Assembly (NCBI GenBank): GCA_964016885.1
Contig: OZ024747.1
Span: forward strand, 85,250,001 to 85,314,000
Source of the DNA: Eledone cirrhosa
Lineage: Eukaryota
DNA: 64,000 nt
Direction: 5' to 3'
Translations under genes and position numbers: made by a program
The notes under the pieces: model-generated
The model's database searches: none
The model's input: the letters and a program-made list of their open reading frames with translations, nothing else
What the model was told of the DNA's origin: nothing
Shown here: piece after piece, positions 1 to 15,297 of the stretch
Layout: each line of letters starts with the position of its first letter
Numbering within the stretch: the stretch's first letter is position 1

Positions 1-420
1 GATTGCTTTGACTAACCATTTCATGTCTCGTGGGAAGGTTGTAACGAGAAGATATTAGTTCACTATTGGCAACAATATGGCTAACATCTTTGGGTCATTG
101 TCTTGCACAGTTTACATTGTCAATTGATGAGAAGTTTTGTGCAATAAGTGAAGATTTCTTGTTCGGGATCATATGACGGTATCCTTTAAGGCTGGATGTT
201 ATGAACTTGTCGAAACTCTATACCAGTCTTTCAGGGTACGTACCTATTCCCGTCTTTTCATCTGAGGTACCCATGTACAACCTTCTCGGAGAATTGGTAT
301 AATTTTTTTTTATTTTGCTTTAGTATTAAGTAGAGTTTTTTAAGTGGAGCTTTTTGTTCCGGAGAGAGAATTGAGTCCGCTTTTATTTCATGTCTCTCTT
401 CCAGATCAATGACTATCCTA
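1..420 (-). mobile_element. Degenerate Dong/R4-like fragment (CCHC region)
   Basis: Minus strand gives a frameshifted HGYL..EQEIFT..CKLCK..DVSHIVANSELISSRYNLPTRHEMV, homologous to 62326-62520. Confidence 0.65.
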
Positions 421-456
421 ACACACATATATATATACGTATATAATGAGTGTGTG

Positions 457-594
<138 letters not shown>

Positions 595-1460
595 TAATCA
601 AACATACACGCACTCACATAGATACAAGTATATATACACATGCACCCAAATACATTTACGCATTCATATATACACGCACAGAGAGACATAAATGTAGACA
701 TGGCCATGCTCCATCCATATCTATATATACAATATATACACTCACCTATACATGAATATTCATACACACTGACAATATATTCACAGACATTATAGATATA
801 CATGTGCAAAGATGGTCTATCCATACCACAACGCTATTTTACTCACCTTTCACAGCTCCTTCAACCCCTTAAAAATCTGTATTCCCTTCCTCCTCCTACT
901 ACAACTATTACCACCACCACTACGACCCTTTATAAATCACCCCTACATTTCATTGCTGTTGCTGGCTGCCATGACTGTCGTCGTTGAACCCATCACTACC
1001 GTCATCACCAACAACACTACTACCACCACCAACTTTTATATATATATATATATAGGAAGGGCGTATTATATATATGTAGCCTGGTGGATTGGCAGTATCG
1101 GTAGAGGGTCGGACACCATTCTTTCCAGCATAGTTACGTCCCTTTACGATCTGAGTTCAAATCCCGCCGAGGTTGACTTTGCCTTTCATCCTTACGGGGT
1201 CGATAAAATAAAGTACCAGTAATGCACTGGGTAATTTGCTGGCCTTGTGCCTAACGTAGAAACAATTATATATATGTAGCCTGGGGACTATAATACGTCC
1301 TTCCTTTTTTAAGACAGAAAGGTGCGAATAAAAGGGGATCTGACTGCTATTTGCTGCATGTCGAAGGATCCTATATTTAAAGGTTCACTGATTGGTTCAT
1401 ATATTCAGATATGTCCTTCACCTCTATCAATATTTACATGTATCTATCCATATATTTATA

Positions 1461-1636
1461 CGATGGTCGGCCGAGAGGTTGATGGGCTGACTCAAATGTG
1501 ATTAGTTGTTCAACATAGAACCTGGAAGGAAACAATGAAGTTACTAATAAAAAGAGATGAAATTAATGCGTGCAAGATTTCACAGCTCTAGCATCAACCA
1601 TTCATAATCAACCTATGAACTTTCAGCCGACCCTCG
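1461..1636. mobile_element. Mariner-like MITE
   Basis: TA-CGATGGTCGGCCGAGAGGTT ... AACTTTCAGCCGACCCTCG-TA: imperfect TIRs with a TA TSD. Confidence 0.65.
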
Positions 1637-2589
1637 TATATATAATTGTTTCTACTTTTGGCACAAGGCCAGCATTAACCCAGTGCATTACTGGTACTTT
1701 ATTTTATCGGATGAAAGGCAAAGCTAACCTCGGCGAGATTTGAACTCAGACCGTTAAGGGCCATAACTCTATGCTGCAAAGCATGGTGTCTGACGCTCTA
1801 CCGATATTACCAATTCACCGCCCTCGTATATATAATTGTTTCTACTTTTGGTACAAGGCCAGCATTACCCCAGTGTATTACTGGTACTTTATTTTATTGA
1901 CCCCGTAAATATGAAAGGTAAACTTAACCTCGGCGGGATTTGAACTCAGATCATAAAGGGCCGTAACTCTATGCTGCAAAGCATTCGTATATATAATTGT
2001 TTCTACTGTTGGCACAAGGCCAGCAATTATCCCAGTACATTACTGGTACTTTATTTTATCGACCCTGTAAGGATGAAAGGCAAAGTTAACCTCGGCTCGG
2101 CGGGATTTGAACTCAGACCATAAAGGGCCGTAACTCTTTGCTGCAAAGCATGGCGTCTGACGCCCTACCGGATACTACATATTCACCGTCCTCGTATATA
2201 TGATATACCTCAGGCATTTTTCTAGGGATCACGTTTTCAGCCAAACTGTCAGACTACTACTAACGACTGCATCTGGAGTCCTATAACACAGACACTCCCT
2301 AGGGATCAATATTCAACTCAGCAGTTTCATTACTACTATTTCAGGGCAACCACCACTAATATTTCTACTCCTACTACTACCACCACTACCACCACCACCA
2401 CCACCACCAGTGAAATAACAGAACAGCGAGCCCCCCCCCCTCCGTCTTACCATCATCACCATACGCAGCAATCATCAATAAATCAGCATGGACAGATCCA
2501 CCACCTCACCACCACCCCAACAACAACAACAACGCTACCACCACCACCAACAACGCCACCACCACCAACAACAACAATGCAACAACAAT

Positions 2590-5500
2590 AATTACTATAC
2601 TACCATCAAACTCACTACCATCACCACCACCATCAACAACAACACAATAACCACTATACTACCATCAAACTCACCGCCACCACCACCACCACCGCCACCA
2701 CCACCATCAACAACAACACAATAACCACTATACTACCATCAAACTCACCACCACCACCACCACCACCCATCAACAACAACACAATAACCACTATACGACC
2801 ATCAAACTCACCACCACCACCACCACCACCATCAACAACAACACAATAATCACTATACTACCATCAAACTCACCGCCACCACCACCACCACCGCCACCAC
2901 CACCATCAACAACAACACAATAACCACTATACTACCATCAAACTCACCACCACCACCACCATCAACAACAACACAATAACCACTATACTACCATCAAACA
3001 CACCGCCACCGCCACCACCATCAACAACAACACAATCACCACTATACTACCATCAAACTCACCGCCACCACCACCATCAACAACACAATAACCACTATAC
3101 TACCATCAAACTCACCACCACCACCATCAACAACACAATAAGCACTATACTACCATCAAACTCACCGCCACCACCACCATCAACAACAACAACAACACAA
3201 TAACCACTATACTACCATCAAACTCACCACCACCACCACCACCATCAACAACAACACAATAACCACTATACTACCATCAAACTCACCGCCACCACTACCA
3301 CCATCAACAACAACACAATAACCACTATACTACCATCAAACACACCGCCACCGCCACCATCAACAACAACAACAACAACACAATAACCACTATACTACCA
3401 TCAAACTCACCACCACCACCATCAACAACACAACAACCACTATACTACCATCAAACTCACCGCCACCACCACCACCATCAACAACACAATAATCACTATA
3501 CTACCATCAAACTCACCACCACCACCACCATCAACAACACAATAACCACTATACTACCATCAAACTCACCGCCATACCACCATCATCAACAACACAATAA
3601 CCACTATACTACCATCAAACTCACCACCACCACCACCACCACCACCAACAACACAATAACCACTATACTACCATCAAACTCACCGCTACCACCACCACCA
3701 CCAACAACACAATAACCACTATACTACCATCAAACTCACCACCACCACCACCACCACCACCATCAACAACAACACAATAACCGCTATATTACCATCAAAC
3801 TCACCGCCACCACCACCATCATCAACAACACAATAACCACCATACTACCATCAAACTCACCACCACCACCACCACCACCATCAACAACAACACAATAACC
3901 ACTATACTACCATCAAACTCACCACCACCACCATCAACAGCAACACAATAACCACTATACTACCATCAAACTCACCACCACCACCACCACCATCAACAAC
4001 AACAATAACCACTATACTACCATCAAACTCACCACCACCACCACCACCACCACCATCAACAACAACAACCACTATACTACCATCAAACTCACCGCCACCA
4101 CCACCACCATCAACAACAACAACACAATAACCACTATACTACCATCAAACTCACCGCCACCACCACCACCATCAACAACAACACAATAACCACTATACTA
4201 CCATCAAACTCACCGCCACCACCAACAACACAATAACCACTATATTACCATCAAACTCACCACCACCACCACCACCACCATCAACAACAACAATAACCAC
4301 TATACTACCATCAAACTCACCGCCACCACCACCACCATCAACAACAACACAATAACCACTATACTACCATCAAACTCACCACCACCACCACCACCACCAT
4401 CAACAACAACAATAACCACTATACTACCATCAAACTCACCGCCACCACCACCACCATCAACAACAACACAATAACCACTATACTACCATCAAACTCACCG
4501 CCACCACCAACAACAACACAATAACCACTATACTACCATCAAACTCACCGCCACCACCACCACCATCAACAACAACACAATAACCACTATACTACCATCA
4601 AACTCACCGCCACCACCACCAACAACACAATAACCACTATACTACCATCAAACTCACCGCCACCACCACCACCATCAACAACAATAACCACTATACTACC
4701 ATCAAACTCACCGCCACCACCACCACCATCAACAACAATAACCACTATACTACCATCAAACTCACCGCCACCACCACCACCATCAACAACAACAATAACC
4801 ACTATACTACCATCAAACTCACCGCCACCAACAACAACACAATAACCACTATACTACCATCAAACTCACCGCCACCACCACCACCGCCACCATCAACAAC
4901 AACACAATAACCACTATACTACCATCAAACTCACCGCCACCACCACCACCACCATCAACAACAACACAATAACCACTATACTACCATCAATCTCACCGCC
5001 ACCACCACCGCCGCCACCATCAACAACAACACAATAACCACTATACTACCATCAAACTCACCGCCACCACCACCATCAACAACAACACAATAACCACTAT
5101 ACTACCATCAAACTCACCACCACCACCACCAACACCGCCACCAACACCGCCACCACCACCATCAACAACACAATAACCACTATACTACCATCAAACTCAC
5201 CGCCACCACCACCACCACCACCACCAGCAACAACAACACAATAACCACTATACTACCATCAAACTCACCGCCACCACCACCACCACCACCACCAGCAACA
5301 ACAACACAATAACCACTATACTACCATCAAACTCACCGCCACCACCACCACCACCACCACCAGCAACAACAACACAATAACCACTATACTACCATCAAAC
5401 TCACCACCACCACCACCACCACCACCACCACCAACAACAACACAATAACCACTATACTACCATCAAACTCACCACCACCAACAACAACAACAACAACAAT
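2590..5500. repeat. Compound minisatellite with a variable unit of about 45-65 bp
   Basis: ACAATAACCACTATACTACCATCAAACTC plus variable (ACC)n/(AAC)n, over about 2.9 kb. Confidence 0.95.
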
Positions 5501-6514
5501 AACAATCTTATCCACCCTAGCTTTCCTCAGTATGGCAGCCGGAGGCAGTGAATGAGGTGGGAGGAGAGGTCAAGTCAGGAGAGAAAAGACAGTGGTAGAA
5601 GTGGGAGGAGGACAGATCAAGTTAGGAGAGAGAGAGGGGTAGGAAGAATGTTGATGAGGTGGGAGGTAAAGTGAAGGAAAAGAACGAGGAGCTGAGAACA
5701 AGAAATCAATATGAGAAAGTAGGTAAATGGGAGAGGAGGAATAGAGAGAGAGAGGTGACAGAGAGAGGGCGAGAGTGAGGGAGAGACAGAGAGAGATAGA
5801 GGAAAGGAAGAAAAAAGGACAAAGACAGATAGTTATTCGTGTTTTTGTAGTGTTGTTATTACCTTTTTAACCCATTGTCAATTTGATCAAGCAGACATTA
5901 TTATTGGATTGCCAGGGCGGTGGATTGGCAGTATCGGTAGAGGGTCGGACGCCATGCTTTGCAGCAAAGAGTTACGGCCCTTTATGGTCTGAGTTCAAAT
6001 CCCGCCAAGGTTGACTTTACCTTTCATCTTTACGGGGTCGATAAAATAAAATACCAGTAATACACTGAGATAATTGCTGACCTTGTGCGAAAAGTAGAAA
6101 CAATTATGATTAAATATATTCTAGCCATGATTATCGTATTGTTTGTGTACCTGAGACCACATTTTCCAATATATTCTTGTCGGTTAGTTCCAATTCAACC
6201 TTAATTAAAGAAATTTACGATCAGAAGCTTTGCAATCATGGCCGTCCAAGATCACATTTGAAAATCATAAGCAGCGTCTTTTTTTTTTTTTAGGAATATG
6301 ATAATGAAAGGGTTAATATAGATATGTACAATACTATAGCATATATAGCGAGCTAGAGGTATGACACTTCTTGACATTCTGAAGAGTCTACTTTAATACT
6401 ACGTTATTATTGTATGTGATAGTAGGGATATAAGTCCTATTATCATGACCCGTACACGTACAGACATCCTAGACTGTACCCACATCTGTGGCGACACACA
6501 CACACACACACACA

Positions 6515-6554
<40 letters not shown>

Positions 6555-6767
6555 ATCCATATACTGTTCCGATTGTGTTGTTATTTCTGTTTACCTTTTA
6601 CATATATATATACATATATATATATATTTAATATAGAAAGGCTTCTGAAACAGTTCTAGTCCTGCAGAAGTATTTCTATATTAAATATTTATACTCTGCT
6701 TTGTATTGAGTACCTTACTTACTGTGATTACCCCCGATTGAATCCGGGATAAACTTTATATATATAT

Positions 6768-6798
<31 letters not shown>

Positions 6799-6874
6799 AT
6801 GAAATACTATTGCTCCCACATATGCGGCGGCGCGGCTGCAAAACACAGAGACATCTAGACCCACATCACAGTAC

Positions 6875-7850
6875 TGGGATAGTTCAGCTACACATACAGA
6901 CATGCTAGACTGCTCCCACATCTGATCTGGGACAGTACAGCTACTACACACATACAGACATGCTAGACTGCTCCCACATCTGGGACAGTACAGCTACTAC
7001 ACACATACAGACATGCTAGACTGCTCCCACATCTGGGACAGTACAGCTACTACACACATACAGACATGCTAGACTGCTCCCACATCTGATCTGGGACAGT
7101 ACAGCTACTACACACATACAGACATGCTAGACTGCTCCCACATCTGGGACAGTACAGCTACTACACACATACAGACATGCTAGACTGCTCCCACATCTGG
7201 GACAGTACAGCTACTACACACATACAGACATGCTAGACTGCTCCCACATCTGGGACAGTACAGCTACTACACACATACAGACATGCTAGACTGCTCCCAC
7301 ATCTGGGACAGTACAGCTACTACACACATACAGACATGCTAGACTGCTCCCACATCTGGGACAGTACAGCTACTACACACATACAGACATGCTAGACTGC
7401 TCCCACATCTGATCTGGGACAGTACAGCTACTACACACATACAGACATGCTAGACTGCTCCCACAGCTGGGACAGTACAGCTACTACACACATACAGACA
7501 TGCTAGACTGCTCCCACATCTGGGACAGTACAGCTACTACACACATACAGACATGCTAGACTGCTCCCACATCTGGGACAGTACAGCTACTACACACATA
7601 CAGACATGCTAGACTGCTCCCACATCTGGGACAGTACAGCTACTACACACATACAGACATGCTAGACTGCTCCCACATCTGGGACAGTACAGCTACTACA
7701 CACATACAGACATGCTAGACTGCTCCCACATCTGGGACAGTACAGCTACTACACACATACAGACATGCTAGACTGCTCCCACATCTGGGACAGTACAGCT
7801 ACTACACACATACAGACATGCTAGACTGCTCCCACATCTGGGACAGTACA
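6875..7850. repeat. 53-bp minisatellite, about 18 copies
   Basis: GGGACAGTACAGCTACTACACACATACAGACATGCTAGACTGCTCCCACATCT; some units carry an extra GATCT. Confidence 0.95.
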
Positions 7851-8345
7851 GCAGTAATGCCCCAACTTCAGCATTCAGTCATAAGAAGAAGGGGATAAAC
7901 GTTAAAAGCCAAACTCGATATCTTCAATTCGGTGTTCGTACCAGGGTCATGAATCTTGAGTAATGACCGAAATAATACAATCGCGAATACAAGCGGCCAG
8001 CATGGAGGGTCTTTGGAGAAACGTTACTCGATTGAATGAGTAGCTTGGTGATCGGAAAGTCACTCCACGTAGAGCAGCTACTTCTCCAAATTGAGAGATC
8101 ACAGCTCCGACATTACGGACATGTGGTTAGAATGTCTCAAGGAAAAAATCGCTGGACAGATTTTACGGGCAAAACCAACTGGCAGGAGATCCAGGAGTAG
8201 ACCCCGAGCATGATAGTTGGATAACATCCATGAGCTCGGCCGGTTTCGCTTGGGGACCCAACCGGATCAATTGGAGACGGTTGCTTCTGATAGGACTCGC
8301 TGGAAGGTGTATTGGAGGACTCTGACCCGCGACCCTTCCATATGT
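7848..8345 (+). mobile_element. 3' fragment of an RTE-clade LINE (Expander/Rex3-like)
   Basis: Degenerate KAKLDIFNSVFVP..VMTE..SRIQAA..VEQLLLQIERSQLRHYGHVVRM..PTGRRSRSRPR. Confidence 0.8.
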
Positions 8346-8725
8346 GGACAAAGATTATCTATTATTTGTGTTTTGTTGATCTAAGCCATATATCAGTGTT
8401 CCTTATTTGGCAGAGGTGTTGGTGGTGGGTGGGGACCGTAGTGGTGATAGTAGTAATAGGGGAGGGGGGGGGGGCTGGCTCAGGAAGGAATGATTGCTTT
8501 TGTATTTCGAAAACTTGTCACACACACACACACACATATATATAACGAAGGACGAAGAGGGTTTGGTAAGATACCAGGTGGACCATAAACACACCAGAGT
8601 ACTCGATATTTGGGGTAGTAGAATGGGTAATAGGAAAAGAGTCAGGACCCCGACGGCTGAGCTCCGACCGTTTCGATCAGTTCGGATATAGCTGTCGAAA
8701 CGGCCGGAGCTCAGCCGTCGGGGTC

Positions 8726-8804
<79 letters not shown>

Positions 8805-9010
8805 GTTTTAATATAGAAGAGATTCTACAGGACTAGAACTGTTTCATTCGTGAGAAATCATCAGTAATCATGAGATTCCTGATGATTTCTCACAAATGAA
8901 ACAGTTCTAGTCCTGTAGAATCTCTTCTATATTAAAATGTTTATACTCTGCTATGTATTGAGCACCTTACTTACTGTGGTTACCTCCGATTAAACCCGGA
9001 ATAACTTACC
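8805..9010 (+). mobile_element. Penelope-like 3' remnant, family B, with 5' inversion. Other copies: 6627-6756, 29950-30078, 40091-40245, 40345-40462
   Basis: Shared sequence tgaaacagttctagtcctgtagaa..tttatactctgctatgtattgagtaccttacttactgtggttacctcc. Inverted arms of variable length; (TA)n flanks. Confidence 0.7.
8872..8924 (+). ncRNA. Minimal type I hammerhead ribozyme (PLE-type), family B
   Basis: gagattc-CTGATGA-tttctcacaaat-GAAA-cag-ttctagtc-ctg-TA-gaatctc. Stem I is 7 bp, the stem III loop contains the palindrome CTAG, and cleavage is predicted after GUA at 8917. An inverted copy lies at about 8819-8868 on the minus strand. Confidence 0.8.
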
Positions 9011-9024
9011 TATATATATATGTA

Positions 9025-9063
<39 letters not shown>

Positions 9064-9236
9064 ACATTAAAAAAACATTACTAAAAACTGTTACACATTA
9101 AATATTGATGTTTGTATGAAACATAGCCTGTTGTACTGTTTATTATAATAAATTACCGTTTTTTGAGCTGTTTTAATTTCTCCACCTACTTCTTTCCACT
9201 TTTTACAATTTTTGAAAACGATATTTTTTATATCTA

Positions 9237-9280
<44 letters not shown>

Positions 9281-10207
9281 AGCCCTCTGGCAGGCGGACC
9301 CGGCGATCAGTGGAGACTCCACTTCGTCATTCTATAGAGGGTTGGTCCGCAGCAAGTGCGACGACGCGCTCGGTGAAACTCTAGGCGTGGAGGATGATGA
9401 ACTGGCCAGTCTGTTCGGTAGGACCTTCCGCCCGGGACCGATGGACAACTTCCAAAAGTCCCTGGCTTGGCAGTGCTACCGAGGAGCTCTACCAGTTCGA
9501 GACAAGCTCTACAGACATGGGCGCCCGGGCAGGGACCCTGCAAAAAAGATCTGTCCGAGGTGCGTGCGAGACGAAGAAACCGTCGCGCACGCATTCATAC
9601 ACTGCCCGGGCGTCACTGACCTGTGGGGCTATGTAGAACGACTATTGTCGCGGGTGGGACCAATCCAGTTGACCACCGAGTCCATTGTTATGATCAAACC
9701 GCCACCCTCCTTCAAAAACGAAGGAGAGGCGGTTTTCCTTTGTGTGATAGCTATGGCGAAAGAGGTTGTATGGTGGATAAGGTTGAAAGGGCTGAGGTCA
9801 GACACCTTTCTCTCCGGCCAACAACTGATTCTTTTTTTCAAATACCACTTTGGAAGAAGAATCAGGATGGAGAGAGAGGTGCTGTACCCCAGCAAGTTTT
9901 ATGAAAGGTGGGTGAAAGTGGCGAGAATGGCCCGAGTGAATGGGCCTTCTCTCTATATCAGCCTGTAGGTTGAGGAAAAGGAGGGGGAGAGGAAAGGAGT
10001 ACAAACTCTTCGTACTCCTGGATATAAGGGTTGCACATTTTTTTTCGGGGGTATGTGTTACCCATATAAACTGTCTCCCTCTATTGGGGAAAATCGACTA
10101 ACTTTTTAAATTCCATTTGTGATAACATTTTACACGTTTTTATTGTATGTAAACTTCCCCCTTTGTATTTGTCCCCTTCTTTTGTGCCCCTGTGGCTAAT
10201 AAAGAAA
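9281..10207 (+). mobile_element. 5'-truncated L1/Tx1-clade LINE (zf-RVT end of ORF2 plus 3' UTR)
   Basis: ORF 9342-9968 contains LAWQCYRGALPVRDKL..CPRC...EETVAHAFIHCP (CCHC). The element ends in AATAAAGAAA and is flanked by (TATC)n. Confidence 0.85.
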
Positions 10208-11457
10208 TATATCTATCTATATATATACACACACACATATATAAAAATATATATACTATTGTGTGTGTGTATTAACATTCCTGGTGTATTTCTAACTATA
10301 AAAATAGTGCAGCTGCAAACTGTAAAGTGCATTACGAGTGAGAAAGTGTGAAATAGATTATATTATATTATTCACTTCTAGATGCTGCAGAATTGCAATA
10401 AAAATAGCAACAACTGCACCGACTGCACCACCTCCAGCAACTGCACTTCCACCATTTATTATCAGTCACCACCACCACCGATAATATCAGTAATTGCACT
10501 CACTGCATCGCCACCAGCAACGACAGTATTTACTGTGCCCCAACCATCACACAACCACCACCAACCAGCACTTCCACTCACTGCACCACTATCATTACCA
10601 CTACTGCTGTTGTCGCCATGTTGAACAAGAAAAAAAATAATGCAAAAATTGTGTGGTTCTCTATGAAAGGAATGTAGCGTGCCGAGTGCAAATGTACTAT
10701 TTGAGAGGGGAAGGAATTGCTATAACTGACACACACATTCTGTCTGTCTCTACGTTGCTGATACATTGAATAATTACTATCACTGACTTCTCTCTCTCTC
10801 TCATTTACTCCCCTCTCTCACTGACTTCTCCCTCATTTACTCCTCTCTCTCTCTCACTGACTTCTCCCTCATTTACTCCTCTCTCTCTCTCACCGACTTC
10901 TCCCTCATTTACTCCTCTTTCTCTCTCTCTCTCACTGACTTCTCCCTCATTTACTCCCCTCTCTCTCTCTCGTGTTGTTTTTCTCTGCCTTTCTCCCACA
11001 CATTTTATCTGTTAACTGTTTGAGAGATTAAGAGTGTGTGTAAGAAGGAGATAGAGAGAATAAGATTGCATAGGAGATATATTTGTTTCTACTTTTGGCA
11101 CAAGGCCAGCAATTACCCAGTGCAATAAAGTACCAGTAATGCACTGGGTAATTGCTGGCCTTGTGCCAAAAGTAGAAACAAATATATCTCCTTTGCAATC
11201 TTATTCTCTCTATCTCCTTCTTATACACACTCTTACTCTCTCTATCTCCTTCTTACACACACTCTTACTCTCTCTATCTCCTTCTTACACACACTCTTAC
11301 TCTCTCTATCTCCTTCTTACACACACTCTTACTCTCTCTATCCGGTGTATCTGTACTCAGTCCTCATTACCGGTGTTTGTTCTTCACTATTCACATACTT
11401 CTTTAGTTTATTTTAGCCACCAGGTAAGGCCATGTTGGAGCAACTACATATCAACTA

Positions 11458-11508
<51 letters not shown>

Positions 11509-11691
11509 GGGGAAAAGTATGACCCCGACGGCAGAGCTCAAGCCGTTTCGACGGCTATTTCAGAAATAGCCGTCGAAACAGCTTGAGCTCTGCTGTCGGG
11601 GTCATACTTTTTCCTATTACCCACTCTACTACGTAGAGTATTGAGTACTCTGGTGCGTTATGGTCCATCTGGTTCCACCACAACTCCTTCG

Positions 11692-11745
<54 letters not shown>

Positions 11746-12567
11746 ATTCCAGAGCCGGGCCCGATCGACACAGATCGAACCTTGAGTTGAACAATCGCGA
11801 AACGTGGGTCGTGGTTGGTTCCGAGACCGGGGAGACCACGAATTAGTACTCTATGCATGGGAAGAAGCAGAGTGGGTATAAAGTAAAGTAAAAACCCGTC
11901 TGCGACGACTAGCGGTTTCGGCTTGTATTCGGCAAGCCTTTATAGTAAAAGCATAAATAAGATAATATGGAAAATGTAAAGAGGACATTTTTATTGAAAA
12001 TATCTGGAAATTAATAATATTCCAAAAATATTCCACATAATGTAACGATACAGTACAACGAAGATTTATATTAGTTTCACGTTTGATATAGTAGGAAAAG
12101 ATTCTTAAGATAATGTATTTAAAATATTCCAACATTAATTAAATGAATATTTTATTTTCTATGTAGAAAATTGACAGTGACTTTGAAGTTTCAGCTGAGT
12201 TGCTTCATATATATAGTCTCACCCACCCACAGCCAGTAGTGAAGCTTCGAAACTCAACAGTACAAAAAAGAAAAAAAAAAGAATGAGAGGAGAGGAAGAT
12301 AAAGGGAGAGAGTGAGAAAGAGTGAGTGAAAGTGAAAGACTTCCTGTAAATGACCGGGTTATTTTTCACACACATTTAAACGTGTATATGCATGTATATG
12401 TGTGTATATAAACATAAATATACAGATTATACAGACTGACATAAGAGGAAAGATACAAACACACGAATCTAAACTTACAAATATACACAATAAACCTACT
12501 TTACAGAATCATGACGGGGTACAAAATACATACATACATACAAGGATATTTACCCGATTCTCTCAAC

Positions 12568-12609
<42 letters not shown>

Positions 12610-13247
12610 ATTAGCTATTGTTGGAACGACTGTCTTTCAAATTTTGCTAAGTCAACCGGTTATACACACACACCCACACTTACACACCCATATATATATA
12701 TATATATACTGCCTCTCTGTTTTTGTTCCGTCCAAGTTTTCACTATATATATGTGTGTGTGTGTGTGTGTGTATATAGTATGTGTATTTGTACCTAGTCA
12801 CGAAAATACGGGGTGGGGGTGGGGGGAGAGTGAGTGTATATATTTGTGTGGTCACTTCAGTCGGAATGACGTAGTGATACGGTTTATAATGTATTACAGA
12901 CACCCACACTAAACAGCAAGGAGTAGTAGTTTAGTTTCAGGTTCGAAAACAAATATATGACTATAGGGATGGGGGATAGAACGGTGAGGGAGGGGTGGAG
13001 TCGTGGGGGTTGAGGAGAAGGGAGGAGTGGAGGCACTTGAACATGTCTTGCCACGTAGGACATACTAGATTCTGTGATGGGTGTAATTACATAAGTACAC
13101 ACACACACACAGTCCATTTTATTTTACTCAGAAGAAGAGATTTTAACCTCGAAATATCAGGACATGTAAATAAATTATGGTAAAAACAGACCACCTTGTT
13201 TCACACTCTATTCGTACATTTCACATTATCATGGCTTTCAAACTTCA

Positions 13248-13324
<77 letters not shown>

Positions 13325-13326
<2 letters not shown>

Positions 13327-13756
13327 GATATTAACAAATTGAAACTATATTTATAAAACCATATTTATTTCCTTATACATATTTCAAGGACACCAAGTTA
13401 AATTATGGTGTGCTTTCATCAGATAAAATATAATATAGATCAGTTTTATAAATAAATATTGACATACCCTTAAAGAATGCAACCATAACTGTTGGAACCT
13501 GCCGGGAGCTTCCAACAGTAATGGTTGCATTCTTTAAGGGTATGTCAATATTTATTTATAAAACTGATCTATATTATATTTTATCTGATAATTTAACTTG
13601 GTGTCCTTGAAATATGTATAATGAAATAAATATGGTTTTATAAATATAGTTTCCAATTGTTAATATCATATTTTTACTCCAAATATTTGTTGAGTGCTTT
13701 ATATCAGTTATAAAAATATTTGCTTGTTGTATCCCAACAATTTAAATAGAACTTTT
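13325..13756. mobile_element. Penelope-like remnant, family D, as a long inverted repeat. Second copy at 56053-56221
   Basis: Arms at about 13327-13497 and 13510-13667; the right arm has a small deletion through the ribozyme. (TA)n on both sides. Confidence 0.7.
13366..13430 (-). ncRNA. Minimal hammerhead ribozyme, family D, with a partly mismatched stem I
   Basis: Minus strand reads tattttat-CTGATGA-aagcacacc..ggtgtcctt-GAAA-t-atgt-a-TA-aggaaata. Confidence 0.6.
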
Positions 13757-13763
13757 ATATATA

Positions 13764-13812
<49 letters not shown>

Positions 13813-13857
13813 AAAGGAAACGAAAAATCAGTGATGCATCTGGACTAGTTTATTTCT

Positions 13858-13944
13858 TGTTACAAATGTTTCGCCGGCATGTAGCTCGAGTCATGGTCCT
13901 TGTGTGGATCTGGGTGATTCTACTTCGGCGGGTTCTTTCAGACA
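13858..13944 (-). ncRNA. Degenerate hammerhead ribozyme relic
   Basis: Minus strand reads tgt-CTGAAAGA-accc-gccg...cggc-GAAA-c-attt-g-TA-aca, with extra bases in the core. Confidence 0.4.
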
Positions 13945-13962
13945 CGGGTGTTACGTCCGGAG

Positions 13963-14013
<51 letters not shown>

Positions 14014-14312
14014 TGTGTTTGTGAACTCACAAAAACAAGATGTTGTAGGACAACAAATAATAAATTAGTCACTGAGGGTGGTCACAGAATGTGTGACGAA
14101 AGAGCTTTGACAATAAACAACCGTCTGGTTATTAAACTACCCGGCTGGAAATTTATAATAAATTGAAGTGAAAACCAACAGGTGCGTGTGTTTTTATTGG
14201 CAGCAATACGCTCCCAAAGTATAACAATATATATACACACACACTATACATATACATATACACACACACACACACACTATACATATACATATACACACAC
14301 ACACACACATAT

Positions 14313-14461
<149 letters not shown>

Positions 14462-15201
14462 TACACGCAGCCTAGAGGCGAGGGTGTTGGACTCACGATC
14501 ATAAGGTCCTATGTTCAATTCTTGGACAGAACAGTTGAATCCTTGAGCAAAGGACCATGTGTTGGTATTAAACAGCGTGGTGAATTAGGTTCACCACGGA
14601 AGGACCAAATGGTAGTGTTAAAATGAGCGACCCGTCATCGACCCCTGGAGGGCTAAGAAGCAAACTAGATGCGTCGAATAATATAACGTAATCACATGTT
14701 ATCGGCCCCGTGGGAAAGAAAGGGAAAAGTTGAACTGAAAGCCAGCCAACCCGACAACGGTGACTTCAGTAACCATATATATAAATAATTGTTTCTACTT
14801 TAGGCACAAGGCCAGCAATTACCCAGTACATTACTGGTACTTTATTTTATCGACCCCGTAAGGATGAAAGGCAAAGTTAACCTCGGCGGGATTTGAACTC
14901 AATATATATAAATAACGAGAGTGTGGGTTGATTTTATTGTTGAGCAAATCCGGATCCAGCAGACATATCTATGATGTTAGGTGTTCCTACTAAGGTCATA
15001 AAGCATTTTATTTAAACGATATCCATCGGGCCCATTCATTTCTATTTACAAAGACATGAGATCAACCAGGGTGTTATATGAGGGAAATGTGGGCTGTTGC
15101 TTGTAGCAAGCCCAGTAACTAGATTAGAGATGACCTTGTTGGCTTGTACGTGTGTGTGTGTTGTAAACGAGTAAGGGAGGGATGGAAGGCATGACCTGAT
15201 T

Positions 15202-15297
<96 letters not shown>

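Noticed and set aside
2210-2330. Candidate midnolin exon 2 (AG...GT-bounded segment on the minus strand)
   Set aside because: In-frame stop in the required phase and no similarity to the Ubl C-terminal half.
6875-7850. Regular 53-bp array (and the 33-35 bp array at 36465-37895) as a possible CRISPR
   Set aside because: No unique spacers, no cas genes, and a eukaryotic context; these are plain minisatellites.
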